From positions 1 to 35,734 of IMG/VR virus record IMGVR_UViG_3300044228_003777: a stretch of 35,734 nucleotides of DNA. The stretch is one strand, 5' to 3'. Position numbers and translations under genes: made by a program. Positions 27,231 to 35,734 of this stretch are shown piece by piece. How positions within the stretch are numbered: the stretch's first letter is position 1; each line of letters opens with the position of its first letter. The notes under the pieces were generated by a model, which did no database searches, had not been told where the DNA came from, and worked only from the letters and a program-made list of their open reading frames with translations. Origin of the DNA: a virus. Lineage: Duplodnaviria; Caudoviricetes.

Positions 27231-27883
27231 GATCCAAAGCAAAATTGGTCGCTGCCAAAGTGGTCTAGTCCAGGGTTTGATAGATCGTAACTTCTACCTA
27301 TCCTGCGGTTACATATTAGTTTGTAAGTTTGGAAAGCTAAAACATCTTCTTGTTTTCGGTAATATATAGATTTAGCTTGTATTAGTTCATTTGAGTGATT
27401 TTCGCAATATTTTAGTATTTTTTCGTGAATCAAACAATCAAAGGGAAGATTGTTATCCTCTATCAGAAACGGAACATTGCTTGGTAAATCAATTATACAA
27501 TTAGAAAAAGTTGTTAGATTTTTATGTATAAAAGAGTCATAAAACGGAACAACATATTGTAAATTGCTGGTTGAATCCCAAGGCTTCGTTATTTTAATAT
27601 CTGACTGTTGTGTATAAAGGTTATACAACTCTTTAGCTCCAGCATCACCATTTGCAAATGCAACCATTTTACTTTCGGATTCTTCGCTATGGTCATCGTT
27701 ATACATAGAGAAACGCAAACCAAAACGTAACCTATCTTCAAACTTTCTAAAGGCCTCTGGGAAACCTGTCATATTATCTTCGACGAAGTAAACCTCTTCG
27801 AAGTCTTTTGTTAACTCGTGTACATCATCTATTCGTAAAATGCTTTTACCTATAGAAGAATGTGTTTTAAATAATGGAATCAT
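27188..27883 (-). CDS. Stand-alone DnaE-type PHP domain
   Basis: KTHSSIGKSIL, VEDNMTGF, GLRF, VAFANGDAGAKELYNLYT and SIYYRKQED..AF follow the order of the DnaE N-terminal PHP motifs. Confidence 0.8.
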   Translation of the reverse strand: MIPLFKTHSSIGKSILRIDDVHELTKDFEEVYFVEDNMTGFPEAFRKFEDRLRFGLRFSMYNDDHSEESESKMVAFANGDAGAKELYNLYTQQSDIKITKPWDSTSNLQYVVPFYDSFIHKNLTTFSNCIIDLPSNVPFLIEDNNLPFDCLIHEKILKYCENHSNELIQAKSIYYRKQEDVLAFQTYKLICNRRIGRSYDLSNPGLDHFGSDQFCFGSWKNYFDTTLNNAI

Positions 27884-27889
27884 ATCACC

Positions 27890-27917
27890 AATATAAATGG
27901 TAATATCAATTTGTCAA
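27890..27917 (-). promoter_or_regulatory. Sigma70-type promoter TTGACA-16-TATATT, 6 nt before ATG 27883
   Basis: -35 at 27917-27912, -10 at 27895-27890. Confidence 0.7.
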
Positions 27918-28901
27918 GTGTTTGGGGCAACCTTTATAATATTTTACAAAGGATTTGCCACCTTCTGGAATCATAGACTTTTCAAACTCATCTTGGAAAC
28001 AAGACGACATAAACTCTCCGTCTTTGTCAAAAATTTGGACATAGTAAAAATCAAACTTAAAGGGGCAATGCCACATAAGAGAACCGTCTTTTTTAAGTTG
28101 ACCTTTTTCTTTTGCAAATCCACATTGAAGTTTGCCACCAAAAGAACCATCATCTGGAAAACCTTTATCGTATGCAAAATTTGAGTTGGCATCTATTTCG
28201 TCAAAGTTTTCTAAATACTCTTGAATGTTAGCTAATTGTATTTCAAAACCTTCTAGGTCATCTTCGTCCAAGGGTTTCATTTTCAGTAACCCTTCTTTTT
28301 TCAAATTAAATTTTAAAAATAAAAATTCAGAGTTTCTATTAACGTATTCTGGGAAAAGATGTTTGACGGCTAGGCAATAAATGTAGTCTTGTAGATTGTC
28401 TTCTTTTTCTTTACCTTCAAATATTTTTTTGCTTGTTTTATAATCTCTTATTATTGCTATTTTTTTCTCTTTGTATAAAAACAATTGATCTATGAAACCT
28501 CTAATGTGGTAACCATTTTTTTCTATATCAAAGTCTAATTCTGCGTGGGCTTCATCTGGTATTCCTAAATCTTCCCCATGAAAGTTGCAATTCAAACCAT
28601 TTAAAATCATTTGTTTTATTAAAGTCATATTATCTTCGTCTGTGACGCCAAGCTCTGTGGCATCAGCCATAATTAAGTCCTTGACCGCTTTAGCCGCAAA
28701 TGGGTCTTTAGCTTTTACAATTTTATTAAATTGGGTTTTTGTTTTTTGTTTTGAAAGGTGTTCGAATACGTTATGACAAACAGTTCCTCTTTTAGCGCCA
28801 TCATTATTAGTATCTGGTAATTTTTGAACATATTTATTCCAATATATCCAACTACATGACTGCGCTGTTTTGATGCGACTTGCTGATAATTTAACTTCCA
28901 T
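27906..28901 (-). CDS. PD-(D/E)XK exonuclease (RecB/AddB/Cas4-like)
   Basis: LSASRIKTAQSC, RGTVCH, IRGFID, IRDYKT, Q..IY and C-terminal Cys residues; ATG 28901 preferred. Confidence 0.88.
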   Translation of the reverse strand: MEVKLSASRIKTAQSCSWIYWNKYVQKLPDTNNDGAKRGTVCHNVFEHLSKQKTKTQFNKIVKAKDPFAAKAVKDLIMADATELGVTDEDNMTLIKQMILNGLNCNFHGEDLGIPDEAHAELDFDIEKNGYHIRGFIDQLFLYKEKKIAIIRDYKTSKKIFEGKEKEDNLQDYIYCLAVKHLFPEYVNRNSEFLFLKFNLKKEGLLKMKPLDEDDLEGFEIQLANIQEYLENFDEIDANSNFAYDKGFPDDGSFGGKLQCGFAKEKGQLKKDGSLMWHCPFKFDFYYVQIFDKDGEFMSSCFQDEFEKSMIPEGGKSFVKYYKGCPKHLTN

Positions 28902-29058
28902 AAATGTCCCAAATTTTTTCGAAATAGTAATGAACAATAGTCATCACAAACGAAATGAAAATACCAAAAAGGGTGACATGCCAATCCCCAAACCACATCC
29001 TAGCCATTAGGGTGCACAAAATTATTGAGAGAACTCTCCATATTACTACCTTTTTCAC
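28891..29058 (-). CDS. Small two-helix membrane protein, DUF2061-like, 55 aa
   Basis: Below the ORF-track cutoff: MKKVVIWRVLSIILCTLMARMWFGDWHVTLFGIFISFVMTIVHYYFEKIWDIYGS. GTGA overlap with the primase stop; K..WR and YFEKIW motifs. Confidence 0.75.
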   Translation of the reverse strand: MKKVVIWRVLSIILCTLMARMWFGDWHVTLFGIFISFVMTIVHYYFEKIWDIYGS

Positions 29059-30107
29059 GAATTTAATATTTTAATTAGTTTTTTACAATTAGCATTTTTT
29101 GACAAGTTGCTATTTTTCTTTATCTCTTCTGTAATCCATTTTTGGGTGTTACTGTTTGATAAATTCCACTTGTTTCGTCTATCGTACCACTGTGTAAACA
29201 TACTAATATTAGATGGGTTTTTTTCTAACATTTCTCCAAAATCATTTTCTAATGGTGGGTTAACGCATATCTGATTTAAGTCATATATTTGGGCTAATTT
29301 AGCGACAGTTTTAACTGTAGCTTGTCCACCAGAATTTGTTTCTTTGTGTTTGTCGTTGTTCATTGAAACAATAATTTTGTCCAATGAAAAAGTATTTAAA
29401 TATGCCATTAGTTTAGATGAGATGTCCAGACCAGCGAGCATTAAAACATTTTTAAATCCAGCTTCATATAAAGCCATGCAATCTCCAATACTTTCTACTA
29501 GAATAACCTCATTGGTCTCTTCTATATTGTTGTAGGCTAGGTGGTGTGGGTAAACCCAATCCGTTTTGCGACCCATATGTTTCCATTTTGGTATATTATC
29601 GCCTTCCACAACAGTTCTACCAGAGAATCCGTGTATTTGATTGTTTAAGTCGTAAATTGGGAAAACTATACGCCTATACATTTTACCTCCACCAGCATAA
29701 CCACATTCAAAAGTTTCTTGTGTTTCTTTACTAATGTTTTTTCTCTCGTAAAAATCTCTTATAGGTAAGAGCTTGTCTAATGAAGATTTGGGATAAATTT
29801 TTTCCATTTCTATTTTTTCTTCTTTGGGTTTAGGTTTATATTCGCCAATTAATTTAGCATCAAAGTATTCTTTTAATATATTGGGGTCTTCAGTATTTAA
29901 AGTTTGCTTTACTAGCGCTTGAAATGGTTTAGGTTCACTATCTACCCCAAAATCTCTCCATACCCCAGTATCTTTGTACACTAAAACAGAAGTGCTTGTT
30001 TTACCATTGCGATATATAGCTCTAGTTCTCCAATGATTGCCACAATCTTGAAGCTTATAGCCTAATTTCTCTAAAGATTGTTGATAATTCATATTAGATG
30101 TCGTCAA
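29055..30107 (-). CDS. DnaG-type DNA primase
   Basis: RRIVFPIYD, GFSGR, PKWKH, TOPRIM VILVESIGD and NDFGE; adjacent to DnaB; start may be 30092. Confidence 0.9.
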   Translation of the reverse strand: MTTSNMNYQQSLEKLGYKLQDCGNHWRTRAIYRNGKTSTSVLVYKDTGVWRDFGVDSEPKPFQALVKQTLNTEDPNILKEYFDAKLIGEYKPKPKEEKIEMEKIYPKSSLDKLLPIRDFYERKNISKETQETFECGYAGGGKMYRRIVFPIYDLNNQIHGFSGRTVVEGDNIPKWKHMGRKTDWVYPHHLAYNNIEETNEVILVESIGDCMALYEAGFKNVLMLAGLDISSKLMAYLNTFSLDKIIVSMNNDKHKETNSGGQATVKTVAKLAQIYDLNQICVNPPLENDFGEMLEKNPSNISMFTQWYDRRNKWNLSNSNTQKWITEEIKKNSNLSKNANCKKLIKILNS

Positions 30108-31608
30108 AGCTAGGAACCGAATCGTCTATTGACATTTGTAAATCTCCACCACTTTCTCTGAAGCTTACGATATCCCGTAAGTCTCCTTTTTCAGATATAT
30201 TAAAGTTTCTAAATTCTAAATTAATAAAGTTTCTTCTCAAGTTGTCGTTTACTTGAACGGGTTCTATTGCACCTGCAATATCTTTACCCAAGTGTCTAGA
30301 CTTAACATTAATTAATTTATGTGTTCCAAATGAAGAACCTTCGTTTTCTATCTCATCATTTGTTTTTTGTCGTAAAATAAACATGTGAGAACAGAATTGA
30401 GTAATCCTATCAGATAGAGAAACTACAGATTCATCATCTACAATGTTTTGTGAGTTTCTATTGTTTGTGATACCACTACGATTTGATTGTACTGAAGTAA
30501 TCATAGGTATGACTGGAGAACCATCTTCTAGTATTTCTTTTTGAATACATTTCTTGAATTTATCCACCATTTCGCCTACAATCTGCCACTCATTTTTTTG
30601 GCTTTTTTCTGATGTTGTTTTGATGTAGTCAAAACTAAAAACCATTCTATTACCTCTTCCGACTTTGGAATAATAAAATCTCTTCAAAGTGTTAATCATC
30701 TGATCAACATCCATACCACCAACATTGTAGTAGTAAAATTTTAGTTTTTTAACCTTTTGCCAAACTTCACGAACCTTTTGAACTACATCGTCTCCAGCTT
30801 GACGCCACCTACCACTTTCTAGTAAATATGAAGGCACTCCAGAGAAAGCAGAACATTGTCTAATTATAAGCTCTTCTTTACTCATTTCTCCATTATCGAA
30901 GTGTAAGACTGGTACATCGTAAGTTGATGCAACCTTTGTTGCATAGTCCATACAGAATTGTGTTTTACCTACACCAGATCGAGCTACAATAACTGTAATG
31001 TTTCCAGGCCTTAAAAGAGAGCCGTATATATCATTGATTTTTTCGTGCGGACCCATCATACCAAACTCGGTCATTGGATTATTACCACGATCTTCTATAA
31101 ATGATTCCATTTCGTCATAAATGTTTTCTGGAACATTTGTACCGACCTCAAATAGATTTATATTCTTGTTGAATATTTGGTCTGCATTTTCTAAAATTTT
31201 ACTATAAGGAACTTCTGCACTTATAGATTTCATTGAATCTATAATCTTTTCAGCTGATTTAGAGATGCTTCTTCTAGCACTTAACTTTTTAAGTTCTTGA
31301 ATACTAGATTGTATTTTATCATCTCCATGAATCTTCCTCATTGAAAGAGACCTTACATAATCCAAAACATTGATATCTTCCTCAAACTTAATCCCCAAAT
31401 CTTTAATTCTTTGGGTAAGAATAACTTCGTCAATACTCTCTCCCTTTTGAACAGCCGATTTTAAGACAGTAAATAATGTTTTGTGTAAAAGCGAGCGTTC
31501 TGCAAAAAAATCATTTTGATTAATGATGTTTAAATAATTTACTAATAACTTGGGTTTCTGTATAAATACCGCAAGTATCTGTTTTTCTATCTCATAACTA
31601 TATATCAT
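30094..31608 (-). CDS. dnaB: DnaB-like replicative helicase
   Basis: N-terminal E..IL...DFF..H domain, ARSGVGKT, GEMS, FDYI, QSNR, KSRH. Confidence 0.92.
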   Translation of the reverse strand: MIYSYEIEKQILAVFIQKPKLLVNYLNIINQNDFFAERSLLHKTLFTVLKSAVQKGESIDEVILTQRIKDLGIKFEEDINVLDYVRSLSMRKIHGDDKIQSSIQELKKLSARRSISKSAEKIIDSMKSISAEVPYSKILENADQIFNKNINLFEVGTNVPENIYDEMESFIEDRGNNPMTEFGMMGPHEKINDIYGSLLRPGNITVIVARSGVGKTQFCMDYATKVASTYDVPVLHFDNGEMSKEELIIRQCSAFSGVPSYLLESGRWRQAGDDVVQKVREVWQKVKKLKFYYYNVGGMDVDQMINTLKRFYYSKVGRGNRMVFSFDYIKTTSEKSQKNEWQIVGEMVDKFKKCIQKEILEDGSPVIPMITSVQSNRSGITNNRNSQNIVDDESVVSLSDRITQFCSHMFILRQKTNDEIENEGSSFGTHKLINVKSRHLGKDIAGAIEPVQVNDNLRRNFINLEFRNFNISEKGDLRDIVSFRESGGDLQMSIDDSVPSFDDI

Positions 31609-31615
31609 ACGGGTT

Positions 31616-31643
31616 ATTATGAGAGATAAAATTGATTTGTCAA
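31616..31643 (-). promoter_or_regulatory. Sigma70-type promoter TTGACA-16-CATAAT, 7 nt before the dnaB ATG
   Basis: -35 at 31643-31638, -10 at 31621-31616, in a 39-bp intergenic gap. Confidence 0.72.
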
Positions 31644-31647
31644 GTTT

Positions 31648-31887
31648 TTATTGCTCTGGATCGTCTAAAAGTAAAGTAGCCTCATTTTCTTGTAAATATT
31701 GCTCTAGTGCTTTTTGTAATGCGTATTCCACAACTGTTGAGTCAAATTTACTAAATATTACTGGTTCGCCATTTTCTGATGCATAAGCTAAAACTAAACC
31801 CTTGTAAGCCCCTTCTTTACCTGTTAATTCATACAATTCATTAAGGACTTTTTCTGGTAAATTGAAATTTTTAAACTTTAAAGCCAT
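31648..31887 (-). CDS. Hypothetical protein, 79 aa
   Basis: Fills the gap; GTGTAA 8 nt upstream. Confidence 0.75.
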   Translation of the reverse strand: MALKFKNFNLPEKVLNELYELTGKEGAYKGLVLAYASENGEPVIFSKFDSTVVEYALQKALEQYLQENEATLLLDDPEQ

Positions 31888-31895
31888 CGTATAAT

Positions 31896-31901
31896 TTACA
31901 C
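31896..31901 (-). promoter_or_regulatory. GTGTAA motif (Val-stop of upstream gene) 8 nt before ATG 31887
   Basis: ata GTG TAA attatacg ATG. Confidence 0.55.
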
Positions 31902-32303
31902 TATAGACAGGATTTTATCAAAATATTCTTCGGATAATTCATCATCTGGGTAAATTTCTATCAGTTTGATCTGATTTAGTTCACAAAATTCTATTTTTTT
32001 GTTATCTCTACGTATTTGACGTACAAAATTAGCTCTGGTTTTGTGAAAATGCTTAACAAACTGCAAATGTTGAGCTCCCTGCACTTCAATTGCTATTTTT
32101 TTGGTATGATTGTAGAAATCTAGGCTTAATTGAGTGCCCGCTACCTTAAACTCCTCATATACGGCATCGTAGCGCCAATGTTTGTACAAATAAGATCTTA
32201 CTGTACGTTGGAATTTGCTTCTACATTTTCCATTCCATTTGATTTTGTACCTGTGTGCATTTCTAACAGGTTTTTCTTTACCGTATAAGGTTATAAAGTT
32301 CAC
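31896..32303 (-). CDS. Vsr/DUF559-like PD-(D/E)XK endonuclease
   Basis: LDFY...IAIEVQGAQH...RD.KK..FC..N.I.LIEI. Confidence 0.8.
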   Translation of the reverse strand: MNFITLYGKEKPVRNAHRYKIKWNGKCRSKFQRTVRSYLYKHWRYDAVYEEFKVAGTQLSLDFYNHTKKIAIEVQGAQHLQFVKHFHKTRANFVRQIRRDNKKIEFCELNQIKLIEIYPDDELSEEYFDKILSIV

Positions 32304-32304
32304 A

Positions 32305-33417
32305 TTACACTAGTTCTGCTATATTTTTTTTAAAATAATCGATTAAAAAACTGCAAAGAGCTTCGTTTTCTTCGATTAATTTAAATAGATTAGCTTCTCC
32401 TTGTATCTTTTCTGGTAGATCTGGAGAGGATTCTTCTACCAATTCTCTAAATTCTTCTTCAATTGTAATCCAAGCACCTTTTTTGGTAACAAATTCCCAC
32501 ATATAAAGCAAATCAACCAATTCTTTCTCTACCCAAACAGATTTTCCACCAGTTCTACCGTACCTAATTGGGTAAGCGATTGTATTATTAGTTTTTTCGT
32601 TGGGTGATTTTTTAATTGTAGCCTTTGCCCAATGTCCAATAATGGGGTTGGTTTTGGGATCTGGTTGTTTAATAGATGGGTTTTGTAGCATTAAATCAGA
32701 TTTAAATCTTGGCTCAAACTCTATAATATAGTTGGCAAAGTGTAATAAAGCATTACCGCCCGTTGCTGACGTTTGACGTATCGGAGCCTTTGTGTATGGA
32801 TCTAATTTGATATCTGCCCTCACTTGACTGATAAAAATAGCCATATGACCCCTTTTTGCAAGAGATATGGACATTCTCTTCATAAAGTTAGCTGCAATTA
32901 CAGCTCCACCTGCAACTTTGTTAGAATCATAGAAAGATTTATCTATATCTTGTTTAGAAATTAAACCATCCACCGAATCTAGAATAAAGCAATATTGGTG
33001 TTCATCTTCATTTTGTTCTACTAAAGTTTTGATCGCATCAACGACAACCTCGTAAATATTACTTTCAAAGACGAAGCAAGTACCGGTTTTCCATTCTTTT
33101 GCGTCGTATACAAACTTAACACCAGATCTAGCCACCATTTCATTAGATAGGCGACCTTCAGCTTTGATGTAGAAACCCTTTGCTTTTTTTTGTGTGTTGA
33201 GCATGTTTTTCATTACTTCCAAAGCGGCGCTGGTTTTGCCACCTTCATTCATTCCTACAAATCTGTGTAGACCTGGTCCGAATCCACCATTTAGGTTTAA
33301 ATCAAGTTGCAAAGAGCCACTTGATGCTTTGTAATCAATTGATTTCTCAAAATTATAATGGTCGTCTTTTTTAGCTTTGAGAAACTTGTCTAATATTTCT
33401 GAATCTATATCACTCAT
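32305..33417 (-). CDS. RecA/UvsX-like recombinase
   Basis: SSGSLQLDL.L.GG, GMNEGGKTS, ILDSVDGL, IFISQVR, TGGNAL.H, KKGAW. Confidence 0.92.
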   Translation of the reverse strand: MSDIDSEILDKFLKAKKDDHYNFEKSIDYKASSGSLQLDLNLNGGFGPGLHRFVGMNEGGKTSAALEVMKNMLNTQKKAKGFYIKAEGRLSNEMVARSGVKFVYDAKEWKTGTCFVFESNIYEVVVDAIKTLVEQNEDEHQYCFILDSVDGLISKQDIDKSFYDSNKVAGGAVIAANFMKRMSISLAKRGHMAIFISQVRADIKLDPYTKAPIRQTSATGGNALLHFANYIIEFEPRFKSDLMLQNPSIKQPDPKTNPIIGHWAKATIKKSPNEKTNNTIAYPIRYGRTGGKSVWVEKELVDLLYMWEFVTKKGAWITIEEEFRELVEESSPDLPEKIQGEANLFKLIEENEALCSFLIDYFKKNIAELV

Positions 33418-33751
33418 TTAAAAATGTTTTTGTATTTTTTAGTTTGTTCTTTTGGGGTACATAATCTTCTCCCGATTTTTCCCCTATACTATAAGATGGA
33501 TATTTTGATAAGTCAACTTTAAAGTTAAAGTTTTTCCATTTTCTATCCATTGTCTCCCTTAACTCTTTTGAGTATATATAAGCTAAACTGTCATATTTTT
33601 TAGGAAACGTTAAGATTTTTAAAAACTCAATAGAGTATCTTTCCTCAAGTTTTTTGAGGAACATCATTTCTCTAGACCAAAACTGTCTTTTTCCCTTTTC
33701 GGGAATCTCGATCAGTCTGGCTAGAATTTCTTTTCGATTCTTTAATGTCAT
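33410..33751 (-). CDS. Hypothetical protein, 113 aa
   Basis: Bridges gmd and the RecA-like gene with overlaps; no family recognised. Confidence 0.7.
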   Translation of the reverse strand: MTLKNRKEILARLIEIPEKGKRQFWSREMMFLKKLEERYSIEFLKILTFPKKYDSLAYIYSKELRETMDRKWKNFNFKVDLSKYPSYSIGEKSGEDYVPQKNKLKNTKTFLNE

Positions 33752-34814
33752 TTTCTATCATTCTACGAACTAATGTTTTAAAGTCAACTATTTTTTCCCA
33801 ATTTAATTCGTTTTGAGCTTCAGATGGATCTCCTAAAAGGAGTTCGACTTCCGCAGGTCGATAAAATTTTGGATTAACCTTTATGACTGGCTTATCCCTA
33901 AAGTATAAAATTTCTTCTTCTCCAGAGCCAACCCAACGATAAGCTGAAACGTAACCGCCACCAGAACTTTCTGAATATGGTAGCTCTTTGTATTCTTCGC
34001 CTTCGATTTCAGCATAATTAAAAGCAAGGTTAACAAACTCTTTTACAGAATGTGTTTCGCCAGAAGCTAAAAGATAATCTTTTGGTTTTTCGGCATTCAA
34101 CATAAGCCAAACAGCCCTAACGAAATCTTCAGCGTGACTCCAATCTCTTTGAGCTTCTAGGTTTCCTAACTCGATTGGTTCAAAATCTTTTCCAGACTCA
34201 ATAGCTTCTTTAATTTTTGCAATACCTTTGGTAATTTTTCTAGTAACAAATTCTTCTCCACGTCTTTCTGATTCGTGATTAAATAAATATCCTTGAATTG
34301 CAAATAAATCATAAGAATCTCTCCACACTTTTACAATTTGTCTAGCCGCAACTTTAGAAGCACCGTAAGGACTACGAGGTCTAGAGGGGTGTTTTAAATC
34401 TTGTGGGCTATAAATTACATCACCAAACTCTTCCGAAGAACCTGCATTATAGTAACGACATTTTGGACAGTGTTTTCTAATAGCTTCTAGTTGATGTAGA
34501 ACTCCCATGGTATTGTTTTGAAAATGATTTACGGGCATTTTCCAACTTAAACCTACGAAAGAATTGGCTGCAAAATTAATAAAGTAATCTGGTTTAATTT
34601 CTTCGATTAATGTATTAATGCTATGTTCGTCTCCTAAATCCATTTCTACTAAATGAAATTGTGGATTAAGTTTGAGGTGTTCTATGTGTTGGTGATTAGG
34701 GACACTTAAACGTCTAATTGCTCCGTAAACCTCTACGTTCGTAAACTTTAGTAAAAACTCGGCCATATAAGAACCGACTTGACCTGTAACTCCTGTAACT
34801 ATTGCTTTTTTCAT
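33672..34814 (-). CDS. gmd: GDP-mannose 4,6-dehydratase
   Basis: TGVTGQ.GSY, SSEEFG, PRSPYGASK, LFNHES.RRG.EFVTRKIT, LGNL.A.RDW, RPAEV.LLLGD. Confidence 0.96.
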   Translation of the reverse strand: MKKAIVTGVTGQVGSYMAEFLLKFTNVEVYGAIRRLSVPNHQHIEHLKLNPQFHLVEMDLGDEHSINTLIEEIKPDYFINFAANSFVGLSWKMPVNHFQNNTMGVLHQLEAIRKHCPKCRYYNAGSSEEFGDVIYSPQDLKHPSRPRSPYGASKVAARQIVKVWRDSYDLFAIQGYLFNHESERRGEEFVTRKITKGIAKIKEAIESGKDFEPIELGNLEAQRDWSHAEDFVRAVWLMLNAEKPKDYLLASGETHSVKEFVNLAFNYAEIEGEEYKELPYSESSGGGYVSAYRWVGSGEEEILYFRDKPVIKVNPKFYRPAEVELLLGDPSEAQNELNWEKIVDFKTLVRRMIENDIKESKRNSSQTDRDSRKGKKTVLV

Positions 34815-35734
34815 TTTAGTAAATCTTGGTATTCTTTAAAAGATGATACTTTAATTATCATATTTTCAAGTTTAAAAGTACCTGTTTGAGAATTTTCTTT
34901 CATAATTTTAGAAAAGTTGTTGATAATAGCAAAGTCATTATTGTTAAACAATGAACAGTTAATCTCTATGATGATTTCATTATCTATTTTTTCTGTTATG
35001 CTTTTTACTCTATCCTTTAAATCATATAAAGTGTTTTTTTGTTCTTTGTCAAGATAAGGTTGGATATCATCTACACAAATGTCGTAGTACAAGTTAGAAC
35101 AGCGAGGTTCGAGTAATTCTATAAATTCTAAATTAGCTCCATAAAGTATAATACCTATGTCGTATTTAGGTAATACTATCGGTTTTAAAAATTCATCATT
35201 ACAAACATCGCTACCCCACTTTCTGAAAAAGTTTCTTTCGTTTTTTGAATTTGTTTTTTTCCACTCTTCTGAATCTTGTCCTGTTTTTACGCCATTATGT
35301 TTGTTAAATCTACTGCCTCTAGATGTAAAGTGATAAACTAAACCTTCCCAAGTTTGTATTGTTTCATATCCATTTAAAATGAATCGATTAAATAAATCAC
35401 TATCCTCTCTACTTTGTGGTGCAAATAATTCATCGTGACCACCTATTGATAAAAAATCTTCTTTATACATGCACCAAGGAGCGAAAACACCTTTTGTAGT
35501 GGGAATGCCGTGCTTGGGTTCGTATTTATTAGCCCAATCACAAAATTTATTGTAATCAAAATCTTCTATCTCTGAACCGAAGTCATGTACAACTTTTTCT
35601 TTACCATCGGGATGTAATGGTGGTTCAACTCTAGTAGCTGTTACAACTGTTTTAGGTTTTAAATGTTTTAAAACAGCTTCATCTAAATTTGGTGAGGCGA
35701 CCATGTCAGCGTGAAAAGCCATAATGATATCGGC
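34811..35734 (-). CDS. GT2-like glycosyltransferase, N-terminus outside the window
   Basis: Frame is open to the window end (ADIIMAFHADM); F..IGG.DE.F, EDSDL..R, VYHF. Confidence 0.82.
   Translation of the reverse strand, partial: ADIIMAFHADMVASPNLDEAVLKHLKPKTVVTATRVEPPLHPDGKEKVVHDFGSEIEDFDYNKFCDWANKYEPKHGIPTTKGVFAPWCMYKEDFLSIGGHDELFAPQSREDSDLFNRFILNGYETIQTWEGLVYHFTSRGSRFNKHNGVKTGQDSEEWKKTNSKNERNFFRKWGSDVCNDEFLKPIVLPKYDIGIILYGANLEFIELLEPRCSNLYYDICVDDIQPYLDKEQKNTLYDLKDRVKSITEKIDNEIIIEINCSLFNNNDFAIINNFSKIMKENSQTGTFKLENMIIKVSSFKEYQDLLK

Noticed and set aside
27906-28901. Cas4-like nuclease as evidence of CRISPR
   Set aside because: No repeat-spacer array or other cas genes; such nucleases are routine in phage replication modules
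17494-29734. Short nested ORFs in the replication block (e.g. 23217-23474, 26120-26362, 27897-28184, 28715-28996)
   Set aside because: Overlap confident genes; the 28891-29058 ORF explains that gap better
869-32745. GTGTAA copies inside coding regions (e.g. near 869, 7542, 30901, 32740)
   Set aside because: Not near start codons and expected by chance at this base composition
24037-33417. Inteins or introns in DnaE, DnaB or RecA
   Set aside because: Lengths are ordinary, and no splice-junction or LAGLIDADG motifs are visible
1-35734. Stop-codon reassignment
   Set aside because: Standard code gives full-length genes at high density; TAA, TAG and TGA all end genes, and the split genes are in different frames

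Overview
AT-rich, densely coding fragment of what looks like a large tailed dsDNA phage genome. No rRNA, tRNA, CRISPR array, integrase or transposase was seen. The left part (1212-16389, + strand) is a lambda-type tail-tip module: one gpL, a JAB-only gpK, TWO gpI-like ubiquitin-fold proteins and TWO ~2000-aa gpJ-like central tail fibres carrying different inserted sugar-binding-type domains. The right part (16384-35734, almost all - strand) is a replication/recombination and glycosylation block. It holds RecA-like recombinase, DnaB helicase, primase, two PD-(D/E)XK nucleases, a Pol III alpha split into PHP, DEDDh exonuclease and polymerase genes, a one-ring Clp ATPase ending in IGF, an APH-like pseudokinase, GDP-mannose dehydratase and GT2/GT4/GT9 glycosyltransferases. 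Two promoter-like classes sit only 6-14 nt upstream of start codons (sigma70-type and a recurrent GTGTAA), suggesting leaderless or near-leaderless mRNAs. All calls are from motif recognition by eye; no database search was run.
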